This document shows, piece after piece, positions 17,705 through 27,989 of a stretch of DNA of 32,000 nt. Origin of the DNA: Methanosphaera stadtmanae DSM 3091 (GTDB lineage Archaea > Methanobacteriota > Methanobacteria > Methanobacteriales > Methanobacteriaceae); NCBI RefSeq assembly GCF_000012545.1, contig NC_007681.1, forward strand, positions 1,170,001 to 1,202,000, in the 5' to 3' direction. The notes beneath the pieces were generated by a model. The model ran no database searches, had not been told where the DNA came from, and saw only the letters and a list, made by a program, of their open reading frames with translations. Every line of letters starts with the position of its first letter. Positions within the stretch are counted from its first letter, which is position 1. Position numbers and translations under genes: made by a program.

Positions 17705-18289
17705 TTATTTACAACAATTATATCCATCCTCAAATGCTTTGAGATTTATATCAATAGACTTTGGTGGAAGATTATCTTTCATTGTTGTTATTACATCATC
17801 TTTATCTAATGGAAATGATGATATTGCTGTAGATGCTCCAACCATTGCCATATTCATAGATAATGGATGTCCTGCATTTAATGCAATTTTATTAGCATCA
17901 AAACTATATACTTCAGCTACTTTTGAATCAAGTTCAGATAAAATATCATCAATATTTGGATAATTCACATCTTGTTGATTTATTGTGGATGGGAGTACTG
18001 GTGATGTATTAACAATAACTGATGTGTCTTTACTAGTTTTTTCAAGAGCTCTTATTGCTTCTACTGGTTCAAATGCTAGTAATAAATCTGAACAACCATT
18101 TTGAATTATGGGACTTTTATCTTCACCTATTTTAAGTTCTGTTGATACGACTCCACCTCTTTGAGACATTCCATGTATTTCACTCATTACTACATTCATA
18201 TTTTCTTTTAGTGCAGTTTCTCCAATTACTATAGATGTTTTAATAATTCCCTGTCCACCTATACCACAAATATACATATTATATGTCAT
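17705..18289 (-). CDS. iorB: Indolepyruvate:ferredoxin oxidoreductase subunit beta
   Basis: ICGIGGQGI pyruvate/ketoisovalerate oxidoreductase gamma-type motif. It is 194 aa and starts 6 nt after iorA. Confidence 0.85.
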   Translation of the reverse strand: MTYNMYICGIGGQGIIKTSIVIGETALKENMNVVMSEIHGMSQRGGVVSTELKIGEDKSPIIQNGCSDLLLAFEPVEAIRALEKTSKDTSVIVNTSPVLPSTINQQDVNYPNIDDILSELDSKVAEVYSFDANKIALNAGHPLSMNMAMVGASTAISSFPLDKDDVITTMKDNLPPKSIDINLKAFEDGYNCCK

Positions 18290-18295
18290 TCTTAT

Positions 18296-20152
18296 CTACT
18301 CCTTATGAATTGCACCTGTTGGACATACATCAACACATACACTACATTTATTACATGTTTGATCTATTATTATTTCATTATCTATTTCATTAATACTTGG
18401 ACATGCTAATTGATTAACACATTTATTACAATGAATACATTTACTAGAATCTACTTTTATTTTATAGTTACGTGCTCTAATCTCTTGTTTATTTATTAGA
18501 TTACATGGATATTTTGATATTATTACAGAAACTCCATCATAATTTAAAGCATCCCTATATGTGTCAATCATTTTATTAACATCCAATGGATTAACAATTT
18601 TAACAAAACCTACTCCAATAGATTTTACTAGAGATTCAATAGATATTGCTGGTGCTTCATCACCCATACCATCAACAGGTATTCCAGGATTTGTTTGTCC
18701 ACCAGTCATTGCAGTTATTCTATTATCTAGTATTACAAGCGTAAATTTCATTTTATTATGAATTGCATTTATAAGTGGTGGTATTCCTGCATGGAAAAAT
18801 GTTGAATCACCAATAAAGCTTATAATTGGCTGATTTTCAGTTGCTTTACTAAAACCACAGCTTGCTCCTACACTTGCACCCATGGACATTAAGTAATTTG
18901 CCATATTATATGGTGGTGCTATTCCTAATGTATAACATCCAATATCTGATGGATGAATACTTTCCACATCTAAATTTAAACTGTTAATAACACTTCTTGC
19001 TGCATAGAATGAGGCTCTATGAGGACATCCAGAACATAATGTTGCAGGTCTTGATGGAAGAGGTATTTTAGTTGGATTATTTACTTCAATAGTATTATTT
19101 TTTATTAGTCCAAGACTTATTAAAGCATTGAATAATATATCTGGAGTATATTCTAGAATTTCAGGAAGTATTCCATCTTTTTTACCATGAATTTTAGTGT
19201 TAATACCATATGTTCCTGCTACTGCTAATGTTTCCATTTCATGAATAGCATCTACTTCTTCAACAACCAATACTTCTGAGTTATTTTCTAAGAATTCTTT
19301 AACCAAATCTTCAGGGAATGGATGTGTAAATCCAAGTTTTAATATATTTACATTAACATTATTTTGATTTAGAACATCACAAACATAATTATATGCACCA
19401 CCCGAAGTTATTATACCAATATCTGCCCCATTATCAAATAATTGATTTAAAGGTGATTTATTTGAAATTTCACGTAAATCATGTATCTTTTCAATCAGAT
19501 TTTTATGCATAGTTCTTGCTATTTCTGGTACTGGTACATGTAATCCTATATTTTCATATAATCCCTTATTTACTTCATTTTTTGTATATGTGTCTGTTTT
19601 AACAATTCCTCTCATATGAGATACTCTTGTTGTTGTTCTAAGTATTACGGGAATATTATATTTATCTGATATATCATATGCATAATGAATAAAATCCTTT
19701 ATTTCCTGTGGATTTGATGGTTCAAATATAGGTATGTTTGCCTGTCTTGCAAAGTGTCTTGTATCTTGTTCATTTTGTGATGAGAATGTTGAAGGATCAT
19801 CTGCAACTAACAATAAGAAACTACCTTCTACTCCCATATATGCACTGGTCATTAGAGAATCACTAGCTACATTTACTCCTACATGTTTCATAAAAGAAAA
19901 AGTTCTTAAACCTGAACTTGCTGCTGAAGCTGCTACTTCTACTGCTACTTTTTCATTTGATGAAAATTCAAAGTATATGTTTGCATCTTTTGCTACTTTA
20001 AATAATATATCTCCAATTTCAGATGATGGTGTTCCAGGATATGTTGCTGCTAATGAAACACCAGATTCTAAAACTCCTCTGACAGCTGCCTCATTTCCCA
20101 ACATGAAACGTTTTTTATCCTTATTGGAATCTAATAATTCTTTTATATTCAT
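18296..20152 (-). CDS. iorA: Indolepyruvate:ferredoxin oxidoreductase subunit alpha (TPP-binding, C-terminal 2x[4Fe-4S] ferredoxin domain)
   Basis: MLGNEAAVRG...TYPGTPSSEI at the N-terminus, the TPP motif GDSTFFHAG, and C-terminal CIHCNKCVNQLACP and CNKCSVCVDVCP. The size is 618 aa. Confidence 0.9.
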   Translation of the reverse strand: MNIKELLDSNKDKKRFMLGNEAAVRGVLESGVSLAATYPGTPSSEIGDILFKVAKDANIYFEFSSNEKVAVEVAASAASSGLRTFSFMKHVGVNVASDSLMTSAYMGVEGSFLLLVADDPSTFSSQNEQDTRHFARQANIPIFEPSNPQEIKDFIHYAYDISDKYNIPVILRTTTRVSHMRGIVKTDTYTKNEVNKGLYENIGLHVPVPEIARTMHKNLIEKIHDLREISNKSPLNQLFDNGADIGIITSGGAYNYVCDVLNQNNVNVNILKLGFTHPFPEDLVKEFLENNSEVLVVEEVDAIHEMETLAVAGTYGINTKIHGKKDGILPEILEYTPDILFNALISLGLIKNNTIEVNNPTKIPLPSRPATLCSGCPHRASFYAARSVINSLNLDVESIHPSDIGCYTLGIAPPYNMANYLMSMGASVGASCGFSKATENQPIISFIGDSTFFHAGIPPLINAIHNKMKFTLVILDNRITAMTGGQTNPGIPVDGMGDEAPAISIESLVKSIGVGFVKIVNPLDVNKMIDTYRDALNYDGVSVIISKYPCNLINKQEIRARNYKIKVDSSKCIHCNKCVNQLACPSINEIDNEIIIDQTCNKCSVCVDVCPTGAIHKE

Positions 20153-20439
20153 GTTCTTACTCCTTATAAATAAATTAACTCTATGATAAATGTAAAAAAA
20201 TAGTTAATTAAATATGAATATTAATAATTAATAATTACAATTATGATAATATATCTGTTAAATAAAATATTTAAGTTATGAGTTTTTAAATTATAAAAAG
20301 ATAGTTAATTTTTAAGAAAATTTTTAAATTAATATTATAAATTAAAATATAATAAAAAACATATAACTAAAATAGATAGAAAAAATAATTAAATTAATAT
20401 AATTTTTAATTATTATAAAGTAATTATTAGGGGTAGTAT

Positions 20440-21936
20440 ATGATTACTGTTAACATAAAAAGATATAATCCAGAAACTAATAAACAATACATGGAATCAT
20501 ATGAAATTGAACATACAGATAAAATGAAAGTTTTAGATGCTCTTCAACAAATTAATGATAAATATGATGCTAAAATAGCATATAGATATTCATGTAGAGC
20601 TGGTCAATGTGGTTCATGTGCAATTAAAATAAATGGACAGGCAAAATTAGCATGTAAAGCTGAAATTAATGATAATGATACATTAGAACCATTAGATTTT
20701 AAGGTAATTAAGGATCTAATAGTTGACCGTAGTCCATTAAATAAAAAAGTAAATGATTTAAATCTTTACATGGCATCAGAATCTAATGAAAAACTATTAG
20801 AACCTGAAATTATAAAACCTGAAACATATGCTCAAACTGAAGCATTACGTGGTTGTATTGATTGTTATTCCTGTATATCAATGTGTCCTGTAATTAAAAA
20901 ATCAACTGAATTTATTGGACCTTATTTTATGAGAGCATTTTCTGATTTATCATTTGATCCTAGAGAAGACACATCAAAAAGTGAGGATGCTATTGATTCT
21001 GGTTTATATTCTTGTACTTCTTGTGGACAATGTTCAAAAACATGTCCTAAAGAGATTGATATCTATGGAAAAGGTATTGAAAAACTTAGGGCAACTGCAT
21101 TTGCAAGAAAAGAAGGTCCTCTTGAAGCACATAAACAAATACGTGAATCTGTAATAAATACTGGTAGAACTGTTCAACCAATGGAAGATAGTAAATATCC
21201 TGAAGGATTCATAAAAGCATATAATCAAACACATACATTTGAAGAAAAACCTAAAATTGCCTTCTTCACAGGTTGTATGATAGATAATAGATTACCATGG
21301 ATTGCCGAATATTTAATTAATATTCTCTCAAAACTTGGATATGAAGTAGATATCCCTGAACAACAAGTCTGCTGTGGTTCACCACTATTTAGAACTGGAC
21401 AGGTAGATGTTATTCCATCATTAATTAAAAAGAATTATGAAACATTCAAGGATTATGATATAGTATTAACAGTATGTGCAGGTTGTGGTTCAACACTTAA
21501 AAATAATTATCCAGAATATGATGCAAAACTAAATGTAATGGATATAACAGAATTCCTACAGGATAAACTTAAAACTGAGGATATGAATAAATTAGATTTA
21601 AAAGTAACATATCATGATCCATGTCATCTTGTACGTGGACAAGGAATTAGTAAACAACCAAGGAAAATATTAAATAATATTAATGGTGTTGAATTTATTG
21701 AAATGGAAAAACCTGACCAATGTTGTGGTGCTGGTGGAGGAGTAAAATCTGGAAAACCAGAATTGGCTAAATCTCTAGCAGATAGTAAAGTAGACATGAT
21801 TGATGAGTTAGATGTTGATTATGTTGTAACAATATGTCCATTCTGTGAATTTAATATACAAGATTCATTAACTAATAAAAATTCAAAAACAGAAGTAATT
21901 AACCTTATGGAACTTTTAAATAAGGCATATGAATAA
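20440..21936 (+). CDS. tfrB: Thiol:fumarate reductase subunit B (SdhB/FrdB-like Fe-S domain fused to two HdrB-type CCG domains)
   Basis: [2Fe-2S] motif SCRAGQCGSCAIKINGQAKLAC, then CIDCYSCISMCP and CTSCGQCSKTCP. The two CCG motifs are QQVCCGSP and DQCCGAGGG. The size is 498 aa. Confidence 0.8.
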   Translation: MITVNIKRYNPETNKQYMESYEIEHTDKMKVLDALQQINDKYDAKIAYRYSCRAGQCGSCAIKINGQAKLACKAEINDNDTLEPLDFKVIKDLIVDRSPLNKKVNDLNLYMASESNEKLLEPEIIKPETYAQTEALRGCIDCYSCISMCPVIKKSTEFIGPYFMRAFSDLSFDPREDTSKSEDAIDSGLYSCTSCGQCSKTCPKEIDIYGKGIEKLRATAFARKEGPLEAHKQIRESVINTGRTVQPMEDSKYPEGFIKAYNQTHTFEEKPKIAFFTGCMIDNRLPWIAEYLINILSKLGYEVDIPEQQVCCGSPLFRTGQVDVIPSLIKKNYETFKDYDIVLTVCAGCGSTLKNNYPEYDAKLNVMDITEFLQDKLKTEDMNKLDLKVTYHDPCHLVRGQGISKQPRKILNNINGVEFIEMEKPDQCCGAGGGVKSGKPELAKSLADSKVDMIDELDVDYVVTICPFCEFNIQDSLTNKNSKTEVINLMELLNKAYE

Positions 21937-21950
21937 TTATATTCATATCT

Positions 21951-21968
21951 TTCTTTTTTTTAAAAAAA
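21951..21968. terminator. Bidirectional oligo-T terminator between convergent tfrB and the ybjQ-like gene
   Basis: TTCTTTTTTTT is immediately followed by AAAAAAA, so there is a T8 run on the plus strand and a T7 run on the minus strand. Confidence 0.5.
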
Positions 21969-21979
21969 TAAATGGTATT

Positions 21980-22303
21980 TTAATCTAGTAATACTGCTGT
22001 ACCATTTACACTTACAAGAATTGTGTTACCCATAGTACCACCAAGATTACTATATTTTATTCTAACATTCAATATTGCATTTGCACCTAGTTGTTGTGCC
22101 TTTTCTTTCATACTATCTAGAGCTATTTCTCTTGTTTTTCGTAGCTCTCTTTCATAAGTAGAAGTTCTACCTCCAACAACATCCCTTACTCCTGAAAAAA
22201 TATCTTTATATACATTAGCTCCAATTAATCCTTCACCATTTACTATTCCAAAATATTTTTGAACTTCTCTTCCTTCAATATATGGTGTTGTTACTATCAT
22301 CAC
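21980..22303 (-). CDS. YbjQ family protein (UPF0145)
   Basis: 107 aa with [10 protein letters not shown]...GIVNGE...[19 protein letters not shown]...YE..L...R..A...M...A..LGANAI, the characteristic UPF0145 pattern. Confidence 0.8.
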   Translation of the reverse strand: MMIVTTPYIEGREVQKYFGIVNGEGLIGANVYKDIFSGVRDVVGGRTSTYERELRKTREIALDSMKEKAQQLGANAILNVRIKYSNLGGTMGNTILVSVNGTAVLLD

Positions 22304-22416
22304 TTGAAAAAACTCCCAATTACATTCAATAAATATTAGTTTATAATTAATAGTTATTAAAGAAGTATGTAATTTTATGATTTTTAAAAAAAAGAAATAG
22401 GTGGTTATAATACTTG

Positions 22417-22905
22417 TTATCTTTCAAAGATTATAGAAAATAACCCTGTACATATTAACCATATACCTATAAGTAAACTAAGATTTATTGGATTATATAT
22501 AAATGATCCTATGATTATATATAAACTTCCAAATAATATATTTGAAATACCAAACACTAATAGTGGATTGTATGATAATCTAGCTAAAAATACATAATAA
22601 ATACCAGAAATAATCATTATACAACCACTAATATATACTAAAAAGCTAATAAATGCTGATATTAAAGCTGGATTAAACATTACAATAAAACTGAAAATTA
22701 AAGATATAATTGCCAGTACAACTGCTACAATACCACCAACTCTATGAAATTTAAATATATTTATAGCTGAGATAAACAATAGTAATGCAATCATTAAAAG
22801 TACAAAACCTGAAAACACACTATATGTCATAGACACCAAAAAAGGACAGCATAAAGCTATGATACCCAGTATAATTAATGTTATAGAATTCATATTTATA
22901 TTCAT
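22417..22905 (-). CDS. Integral membrane protein, HdeD/DUF308-like (about 6 TM segments)
   Basis: Almost entirely hydrophobic, with repeated G-x-x-I/L-containing TM segments and short loops. The family call is tentative. Confidence 0.55.
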   Translation of the reverse strand: MNINMNSITLIILGIIALCCPFLVSMTYSVFSGFVLLMIALLLFISAINIFKFHRVGGIVAVVLAIISLIFSFIVMFNPALISAFISFLVYISGCIMIISGIYYVFLARLSYNPLLVFGISNILFGSLYIIIGSFIYNPINLSLLIGIWLICTGLFSIIFER

Positions 22906-23142
22906 TAGATAACCTCCATAAATTAAATAATAAATTCATAATATTTTCAAAAAATGATAATTCAGATAAAAAAAATAAAATTTAAAAATAAAATGAATTA
23001 TATGTTAATTTGATTTATTAAGAATTATTAATTATTATTTTTAAAATATAATATTTATAAATCTATGTAAAAAAGACCTATTCAATATTTACAGTTAATT
23101 ATTTTAAATAAATTAAGACAAAATATATAGTAGTGATTCTAA

Positions 23143-23859
23143 TTGAAAATTTATACAGTGTTTGTTGAACCGAAAACATCAGGAAATATAGGATTTCTTG
23201 CAAGAACTATGAAAAATTTTGGATTAAAAAAATTAGTATTAATTAATCCATGTAAACTTGAAAATGATGCATATTATCAAGCAATGCATGCTAGAGAACT
23301 TGTACAAGATGCAATGATATATGATACTCTTGAAGAGTTTATTGAAGATAAAAAAATAACATCTATTGTAGGTACCACTGGTACTGCTGGTGGAAGTTAT
23401 AATATAAAAAGAATTCCAATAACTCCAGATGAATTAGGAAAAACTATGCATGTTAATGGAAATATTGCATTACTCTTTGGAAGAGAAGGTGATGGTCTTA
23501 ATAACCAAGAAATAGAACAGTGTGATATTCTAGTAACTATACCAACAAGTGATGAATATCCAATTATGAACATAACCCATGCTGCAGCCATTATTTTTTA
23601 TGAAATATTTAAAAATAAGAAAAGTTATCCAATAGATGACATGGATATTTCAAGTTATGATGATAAAAAAGTATTAACTAATCTAACCAATGAAATTATC
23701 TCAAAATTAGATTATCCAGAACATAAAGAAAAACAAGTGAAAATAATTGTAAAAAGAATAATAGGTAGAGCATTTATAGCTGGACGTGAATCACAAACAT
23801 TACGTGGAACACTAAAACGTATAAATACACGAATCAAAAATAAAACTCATGAGGAGTAA
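23143..23859 (+). CDS. SpoU/TrmH-family RNA 2'-O-methyltransferase, TrmJ-like
   Basis: VFVEPKTSGNIGFLARTMKNFG, LLFGREGDGL and MNITHAAAI are the three SPOUT motifs. The start at 23143 is a TTG. Confidence 0.75.
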   Translation: MKIYTVFVEPKTSGNIGFLARTMKNFGLKKLVLINPCKLENDAYYQAMHARELVQDAMIYDTLEEFIEDKKITSIVGTTGTAGGSYNIKRIPITPDELGKTMHVNGNIALLFGREGDGLNNQEIEQCDILVTIPTSDEYPIMNITHAAAIIFYEIFKNKKSYPIDDMDISSYDDKKVLTNLTNEIISKLDYPEHKEKQVKIIVKRIIGRAFIAGRESQTLRGTLKRINTRIKNKTHEE

Positions 23860-23862
23860 AAC

Positions 23863-24456
23863 ATGGCAATACTTAGTGATAAGGATATTAAAAAATATTT
23901 AGATGAAGGTCGTATTGTAATTGATCCAATTACTAATGAAAAACAGATACAACCATCATCTGTAGATTTAAGATTAGGTGACCAATTCAAGGGATTTAAA
24001 ATAATAACAAAACCATATATAGATCCATTTGATAATACAGATCTTGAATCATATATGAGTTCAATTACAGTAGAAGAAGATAAACCATTTATAATACATC
24101 CCGGTGAATTTACATTAGCAACAACATATGAAAATGTGAAATTACCTGATGATATTGTTGCTAGAGTTGAAGGTAGATCTTCTATGGGTAGACTAGGTAT
24201 TACCATGCATGTAACGGCAGGTTATATAGATCCAGGATTTGAAGGTAATATTACACTTGAAATATCTAATATTGGTAAAATGCCAGTTGCATTATATCCT
24301 GGTCAAAGAGTATGTCAAATTGTGTTTGAAACTATGACATCCCCATCAGAAAAACCATATGGCCATGAAGATAGAGATAGTAAATATATGGGACAAACTG
24401 GACCACAAGTAAGTAAAATCAAGGAAGATTTTGATATAATAAATGGAGGCAAATAA
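23863..24456 (+). CDS. dcd: dCTP deaminase (probably the bifunctional dCTP deaminase/dUTPase type seen in methanogens)
   Basis: MAILSDKDI..., QPSSVDLRLG, VEGRSSMGRLG and DPGFEGNITLE. The size is 197 aa. Confidence 0.9.
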   Translation: MAILSDKDIKKYLDEGRIVIDPITNEKQIQPSSVDLRLGDQFKGFKIITKPYIDPFDNTDLESYMSSITVEEDKPFIIHPGEFTLATTYENVKLPDDIVARVEGRSSMGRLGITMHVTAGYIDPGFEGNITLEISNIGKMPVALYPGQRVCQIVFETMTSPSEKPYGHEDRDSKYMGQTGPQVSKIKEDFDIINGGK

Positions 24457-26198
24457 TGGGAAATGAAGAAGTAATGAGAATATCTAGAAAAAGAGGTTAT
24501 TTATATCCATCTTTTGAAATATATTCTGGAGTAGCAGGATTTTATGATTATGGACCACTAGGTGGTGTTCTTAAAAATAATATAATGAATCTATGGAGAA
24601 AATACTATGTTTCAAATGAAGGATTCTATGAAATTGAAGCACCTACCATAATGCCAAGAGAAACATTGAAGGCATCAGGACATGTTGATAACTTTACAGA
24701 TCCTATGACACAATGTATGGAATGTAATGAAGTATATCGTGCTGATCATATCATTGAAGATGCTATTAGTAAAGAAGTAGAAGGACTTCCAGATGAAAAA
24801 TTAACAGAAATTATTGAAGAAAATAACATAGTTTGCCAAAATTGTGGAGCTAAACTTACACCAGTAAAAAGTTATAATTTAATGTTTAAAACAGAAATAG
24901 GTGTTAGTGGAAAACAAACTGGTTTCATGCGTCCTGAAACTGCTCAAGGTATATTCATAGCATTTAAAAGAATTAGTAGATTTTATAAAGATAAGCTTCC
25001 ATTTGGTATAGTACAGTTAGGTAAATCATATAGAAATGAACTTTCACCAAGACAGGGAGTTATTAGATTAAGAGAATTTACACAAGCAGAAGCTGAAATA
25101 TTTGTAGATCCATCTGATAAAACACATAAAAATTATAAAAATATAGAAAATCATGTACTACATCTATATAATCAAAAAGAACAATTGAATGAAGGAAAAC
25201 CTATTGAAATAACAGTAAAAGACGCCATAGATAATAACATTGTTTCAAGTGAAATGTTAATTTATCAAATAGTTATTGCCCATAAATTCTTAAGAGACCT
25301 TGGAATTGAAGATGATGTTATTCGATTTAGACAACATTTACCTGATGAAATGGCTCATTATGCAATTGATTGTTGGGATGCTGAAGTAAAAACTGATCAA
25401 TATGGATGGGTTGAAATAATAGGTATTGCCGATCGTACAGATTTTGATTTAAAATCCCATATAAAACATAGTAAAGAGGATTTATCAGTGTTTAAAGAAT
25501 ATGATACACCAAAAAATGTAACTGTTACAAAACCTTCATTTAATATGAAAAAATTTGGTCCAACATTTAAAGGAGATTCACCAAAAGCTAAAGAAATTCT
25601 TGAAAATACTGATAGTAATATTATTAAAGAATCATTTGACAAAGATGGAGTATTTTCTTTTAGTATTGGAGAAAATAAATATGAAATCGACCAATCCTTT
25701 GTTAAATTTGAAACTAAAGAAGAACAAATACGTGGAGATCGTATTATCCCTCATGTTATAGAACCATCATATGGTATTGATCGTATAATCTATTCAACAT
25801 TACTTCATTCATATACTGAAGATGAAACAGAAGAAGGTGAAAAAAGATCATATCTTAAATTACCTGCTAAAATTGCTCCTATTAAAGCAGCAATCCTCCC
25901 ACTTGTAAATAAACAACCACTAACTCTTATTGCAGAGGATATAGAAACAACACTTCGATCTAGTAATATAATTACATCTTTTGATGGAAGTGGAACTATT
26001 GGTCGTAGATATGCTAGAGCAGATGAAATAGGTATTCCATATGCTATAACAATAGATTATGATACTGTTGATGATAAGAAAGTTACTATACGTAATAGGG
26101 ATACCTTTAAACAAAAACGTGTGGAAATAGAAAAACTTTCAATGATAATAAATAACTTAGTAGAAGGACATATTAACTTTGAAGATATTGAAGAATAG
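24456..26198 (+). CDS. glyS: Glycine--tRNA ligase (archaeal/eukaryotic-type class II)
   Basis: RRGYLYPSFEIYSGVAGFYDYGPLG, FRNELSPRQGVIRLREFTQAE, and the C-terminal anticodon-binding domain with GRRYARADEIGIPYAITID. Its ATG overlaps the dcd stop (TAATG). Confidence 0.9.
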   Translation: MGNEEVMRISRKRGYLYPSFEIYSGVAGFYDYGPLGGVLKNNIMNLWRKYYVSNEGFYEIEAPTIMPRETLKASGHVDNFTDPMTQCMECNEVYRADHIIEDAISKEVEGLPDEKLTEIIEENNIVCQNCGAKLTPVKSYNLMFKTEIGVSGKQTGFMRPETAQGIFIAFKRISRFYKDKLPFGIVQLGKSYRNELSPRQGVIRLREFTQAEAEIFVDPSDKTHKNYKNIENHVLHLYNQKEQLNEGKPIEITVKDAIDNNIVSSEMLIYQIVIAHKFLRDLGIEDDVIRFRQHLPDEMAHYAIDCWDAEVKTDQYGWVEIIGIADRTDFDLKSHIKHSKEDLSVFKEYDTPKNVTVTKPSFNMKKFGPTFKGDSPKAKEILENTDSNIIKESFDKDGVFSFSIGENKYEIDQSFVKFETKEEQIRGDRIIPHVIEPSYGIDRIIYSTLLHSYTEDETEEGEKRSYLKLPAKIAPIKAAILPLVNKQPLTLIAEDIETTLRSSNIITSFDGSGTIGRRYARADEIGIPYAITIDYDTVDDKKVTIRNRDTFKQKRVEIEKLSMIINNLVEGHINFEDIEE

Positions 26199-26208
26199 GT
26201 GATTATAT

Positions 26209-26973
26209 ATGATTATAGATGCCCATGTACATGCAGATTGTAGGCCTATTGAGGACTTTAGAGATATTAAAATAGGTGGTGTTAATGCAATAATTACATG
26301 TGCACATGATCCATTAGAGATGAAACAATCAAATGTCAATATTGAACATTTAAATAGATTAGTATACAATGAACCAAAACGTGTGGCAAAACATGGTGTT
26401 AAAACATATGTTGCTGTGGGAATTCATCCAAGAGCAATACCCTCTGATTATAACAAAGTAATTGAAAAATTACCAGATTATCTAAAGAAAAAACATGTTA
26501 TAGCAATTGGTGAAATTGGTATAAATGCAATTCGCGATATTGAAAAGGAAGTATTTATTAAACAATTACATTTTGCTGATGAAAATAATTATAATGTTAT
26601 TGTACACACACCTAGAACAGATAAAAAGAAAGTTACTAAAACCACTATTGAATTACTTGATGAAAATATCAATCCTAAACTAGTTCAACTTGATCATGTT
26701 GATTATTCAATTGTTGATATGGTAATTGATAAGGATTATACTCTTGGTATTACTGTTCAACCTGAGAAAATGTCTGTATCTCAAACAGTAGATATGTTAG
26801 ATAAATATGGATTTGATAAATTTGTACTTGATAGTGATATGAGTTCAGCACCATCTAATCCTATGTCTCTTCCAGAAACAAAACATGAATTAGAAATTAG
26901 AGGATATAAAAATAGTGATATTAACAAAGTATTATGTGAGAATGTTCTTAACTTTCATAACATAAAACTTTAA
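26209..26973 (+). CDS. TatD-related metal-dependent hydrolase
   Basis: MIIDAHVHAD at the N-terminus, then GEIGI and VIVHTPR, fitting the amidohydrolase/TatD fold. It starts 10 nt after glyS. Confidence 0.65.
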   Translation: MIIDAHVHADCRPIEDFRDIKIGGVNAIITCAHDPLEMKQSNVNIEHLNRLVYNEPKRVAKHGVKTYVAVGIHPRAIPSDYNKVIEKLPDYLKKKHVIAIGEIGINAIRDIEKEVFIKQLHFADENNYNVIVHTPRTDKKKVTKTTIELLDENINPKLVQLDHVDYSIVDMVIDKDYTLGITVQPEKMSVSQTVDMLDKYGFDKFVLDSDMSSAPSNPMSLPETKHELEIRGYKNSDINKVLCENVLNFHNIKL

Positions 26974-27023
26974 ATTTTCTTTCTTTAATTATTTTTTCAA
27001 AGAATATATTAAAAGGTGATACT

Positions 27024-27422
27024 ATGTATACAAAAACTTACATAATCTGTCCTAACTGTGGATATGAAGAAAATGAAGAAGCATGGGATAGATGCATAAA
27101 TTGTGGATATGAATTTCATAAAAATCATAAAAAAACAAGAGAATATGATTATGACTTCTATGAAACAGCCAGACAACGTAACTACCCTCCAAGTTATACA
27201 TATAGAGGTAACACTAATGAGGTTAAACCAAAAGATACTTTTATGGGCCTTATTTTATCAATAATCTGTCCAGGACTAGGTTTATTATATTTAGGTTTTC
27301 CTTTAAGGGGAATAGCATCATTTATAATAGTATTCTTAGCTTTTTATTGGTGGGGATTTTTACCTGCAATAGTTCTATACATTTTTTCAATAGTAATGAC
27401 CCAATGTTGGGGTGCTGAATAA
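27024..27422 (+). CDS. Zinc-ribbon membrane protein (paralog 1 of 3 in this window)
   Basis: N-terminal CPNCGY...CINCGY zinc ribbon. The C-terminal part is hydrophobic with ILSIICPGLGLLYLG....G. Confidence 0.7.
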   Translation: MYTKTYIICPNCGYEENEEAWDRCINCGYEFHKNHKKTREYDYDFYETARQRNYPPSYTYRGNTNEVKPKDTFMGLILSIICPGLGLLYLGFPLRGIASFIIVFLAFYWWGFLPAIVLYIFSIVMTQCWGAE

Positions 27423-27450
27423 AAAAAATAGAGTTATACTCAAATATCCA

Positions 27451-27495
27451 TTTATTTCTTTTTTTTGAAATATAAAAATAAAAAAATAGAAAAAG
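27451..27495. terminator. Bidirectional oligo-T terminator region between convergent genes
   Basis: A T8 run at 27459-27466 serves the plus-strand gene. A-runs at 27474-27495 give T-runs on the minus strand directly after the SepF-like stop. Confidence 0.4.
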
Positions 27496-27500
27496 TAGTT

Positions 27501-27989
27501 TTATTGTCTTAACACCCTTATATCCTTAGGAGTTACAACAATAACATTTTTTGTACTTCCAAGTAAGATTACACTTGCATTTGTTGCATTTTTAAATGCT
27601 TTTAATGTTGAAGATAGCTTTCTAAATTCAGAAGCTCTTCTTTCTTGAATATATTTTAAATCAAGTATTGCTGGAACACCTGTTTTATTTACATTATCTA
27701 ATTCATCTGATAATGAATTTAAGGATTTAATTTTTACTAAACGAATAGTATCAATATTTACACCTTGTTCTGGTTCAATTAAGACTGCTTCATCATCAGA
27801 ATGATCAACAATTATATCTTCATAATCTGATTCATATGAATCACCCACATCTGAAATGAAATTATCACTTAACATTTTTTGATCATCGTCAAAGTTAGGT
27901 TCCATATCTGAATCAACATTATAATCACGATCCAAACTTTTTTTAATATTAATTGAAATATCCCTTAGGCTATTATCCATTTTTCTCAC
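27501..27989 (-). CDS. sepF: SepF-like cell division protein (DUF552 core, acidic linker)
   Basis: The C-terminal ~80 aa read [78 protein letters not shown]. This follows the SepF core pattern of beta-alpha, an L-x-x-(L/I)D element, then G...P..V. The N-terminus could form an amphipathic helix and is followed by a D/E-rich linker. An alternative start is at 27980. Confidence 0.6.
   Translation of the reverse strand: MRKMDNSLRDISINIKKSLDRDYNVDSDMEPNFDDDQKMLSDNFISDVGDSYESDYEDIIVDHSDDEAVLIEPEQGVNIDTIRLVKIKSLNSLSDELDNVNKTGVPAILDLKYIQERRASEFRKLSSTLKAFKNATNASVILLGSTKNVIVVTPKDIRVLRQ

Noticed and set aside
19734-20186. 150-aa plus-strand ORF overlapping the 5' end of iorA and running past its start
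   Set aside because: It is antisense to a confidently identified iorA with strong motifs. It has no ribosome-binding site and no recognisable family, and it looks like a typical shadow ORF.
23022-23035. AATTATT x2 repeat upstream of the trmJ-like gene, matching the heptamer seen near paaK and iorA
   Set aside because: It shows the heptamer is common in this AT-rich intergenic DNA. I use it as a caveat against over-interpreting the paaK/iorA motif and do not treat it as a feature.
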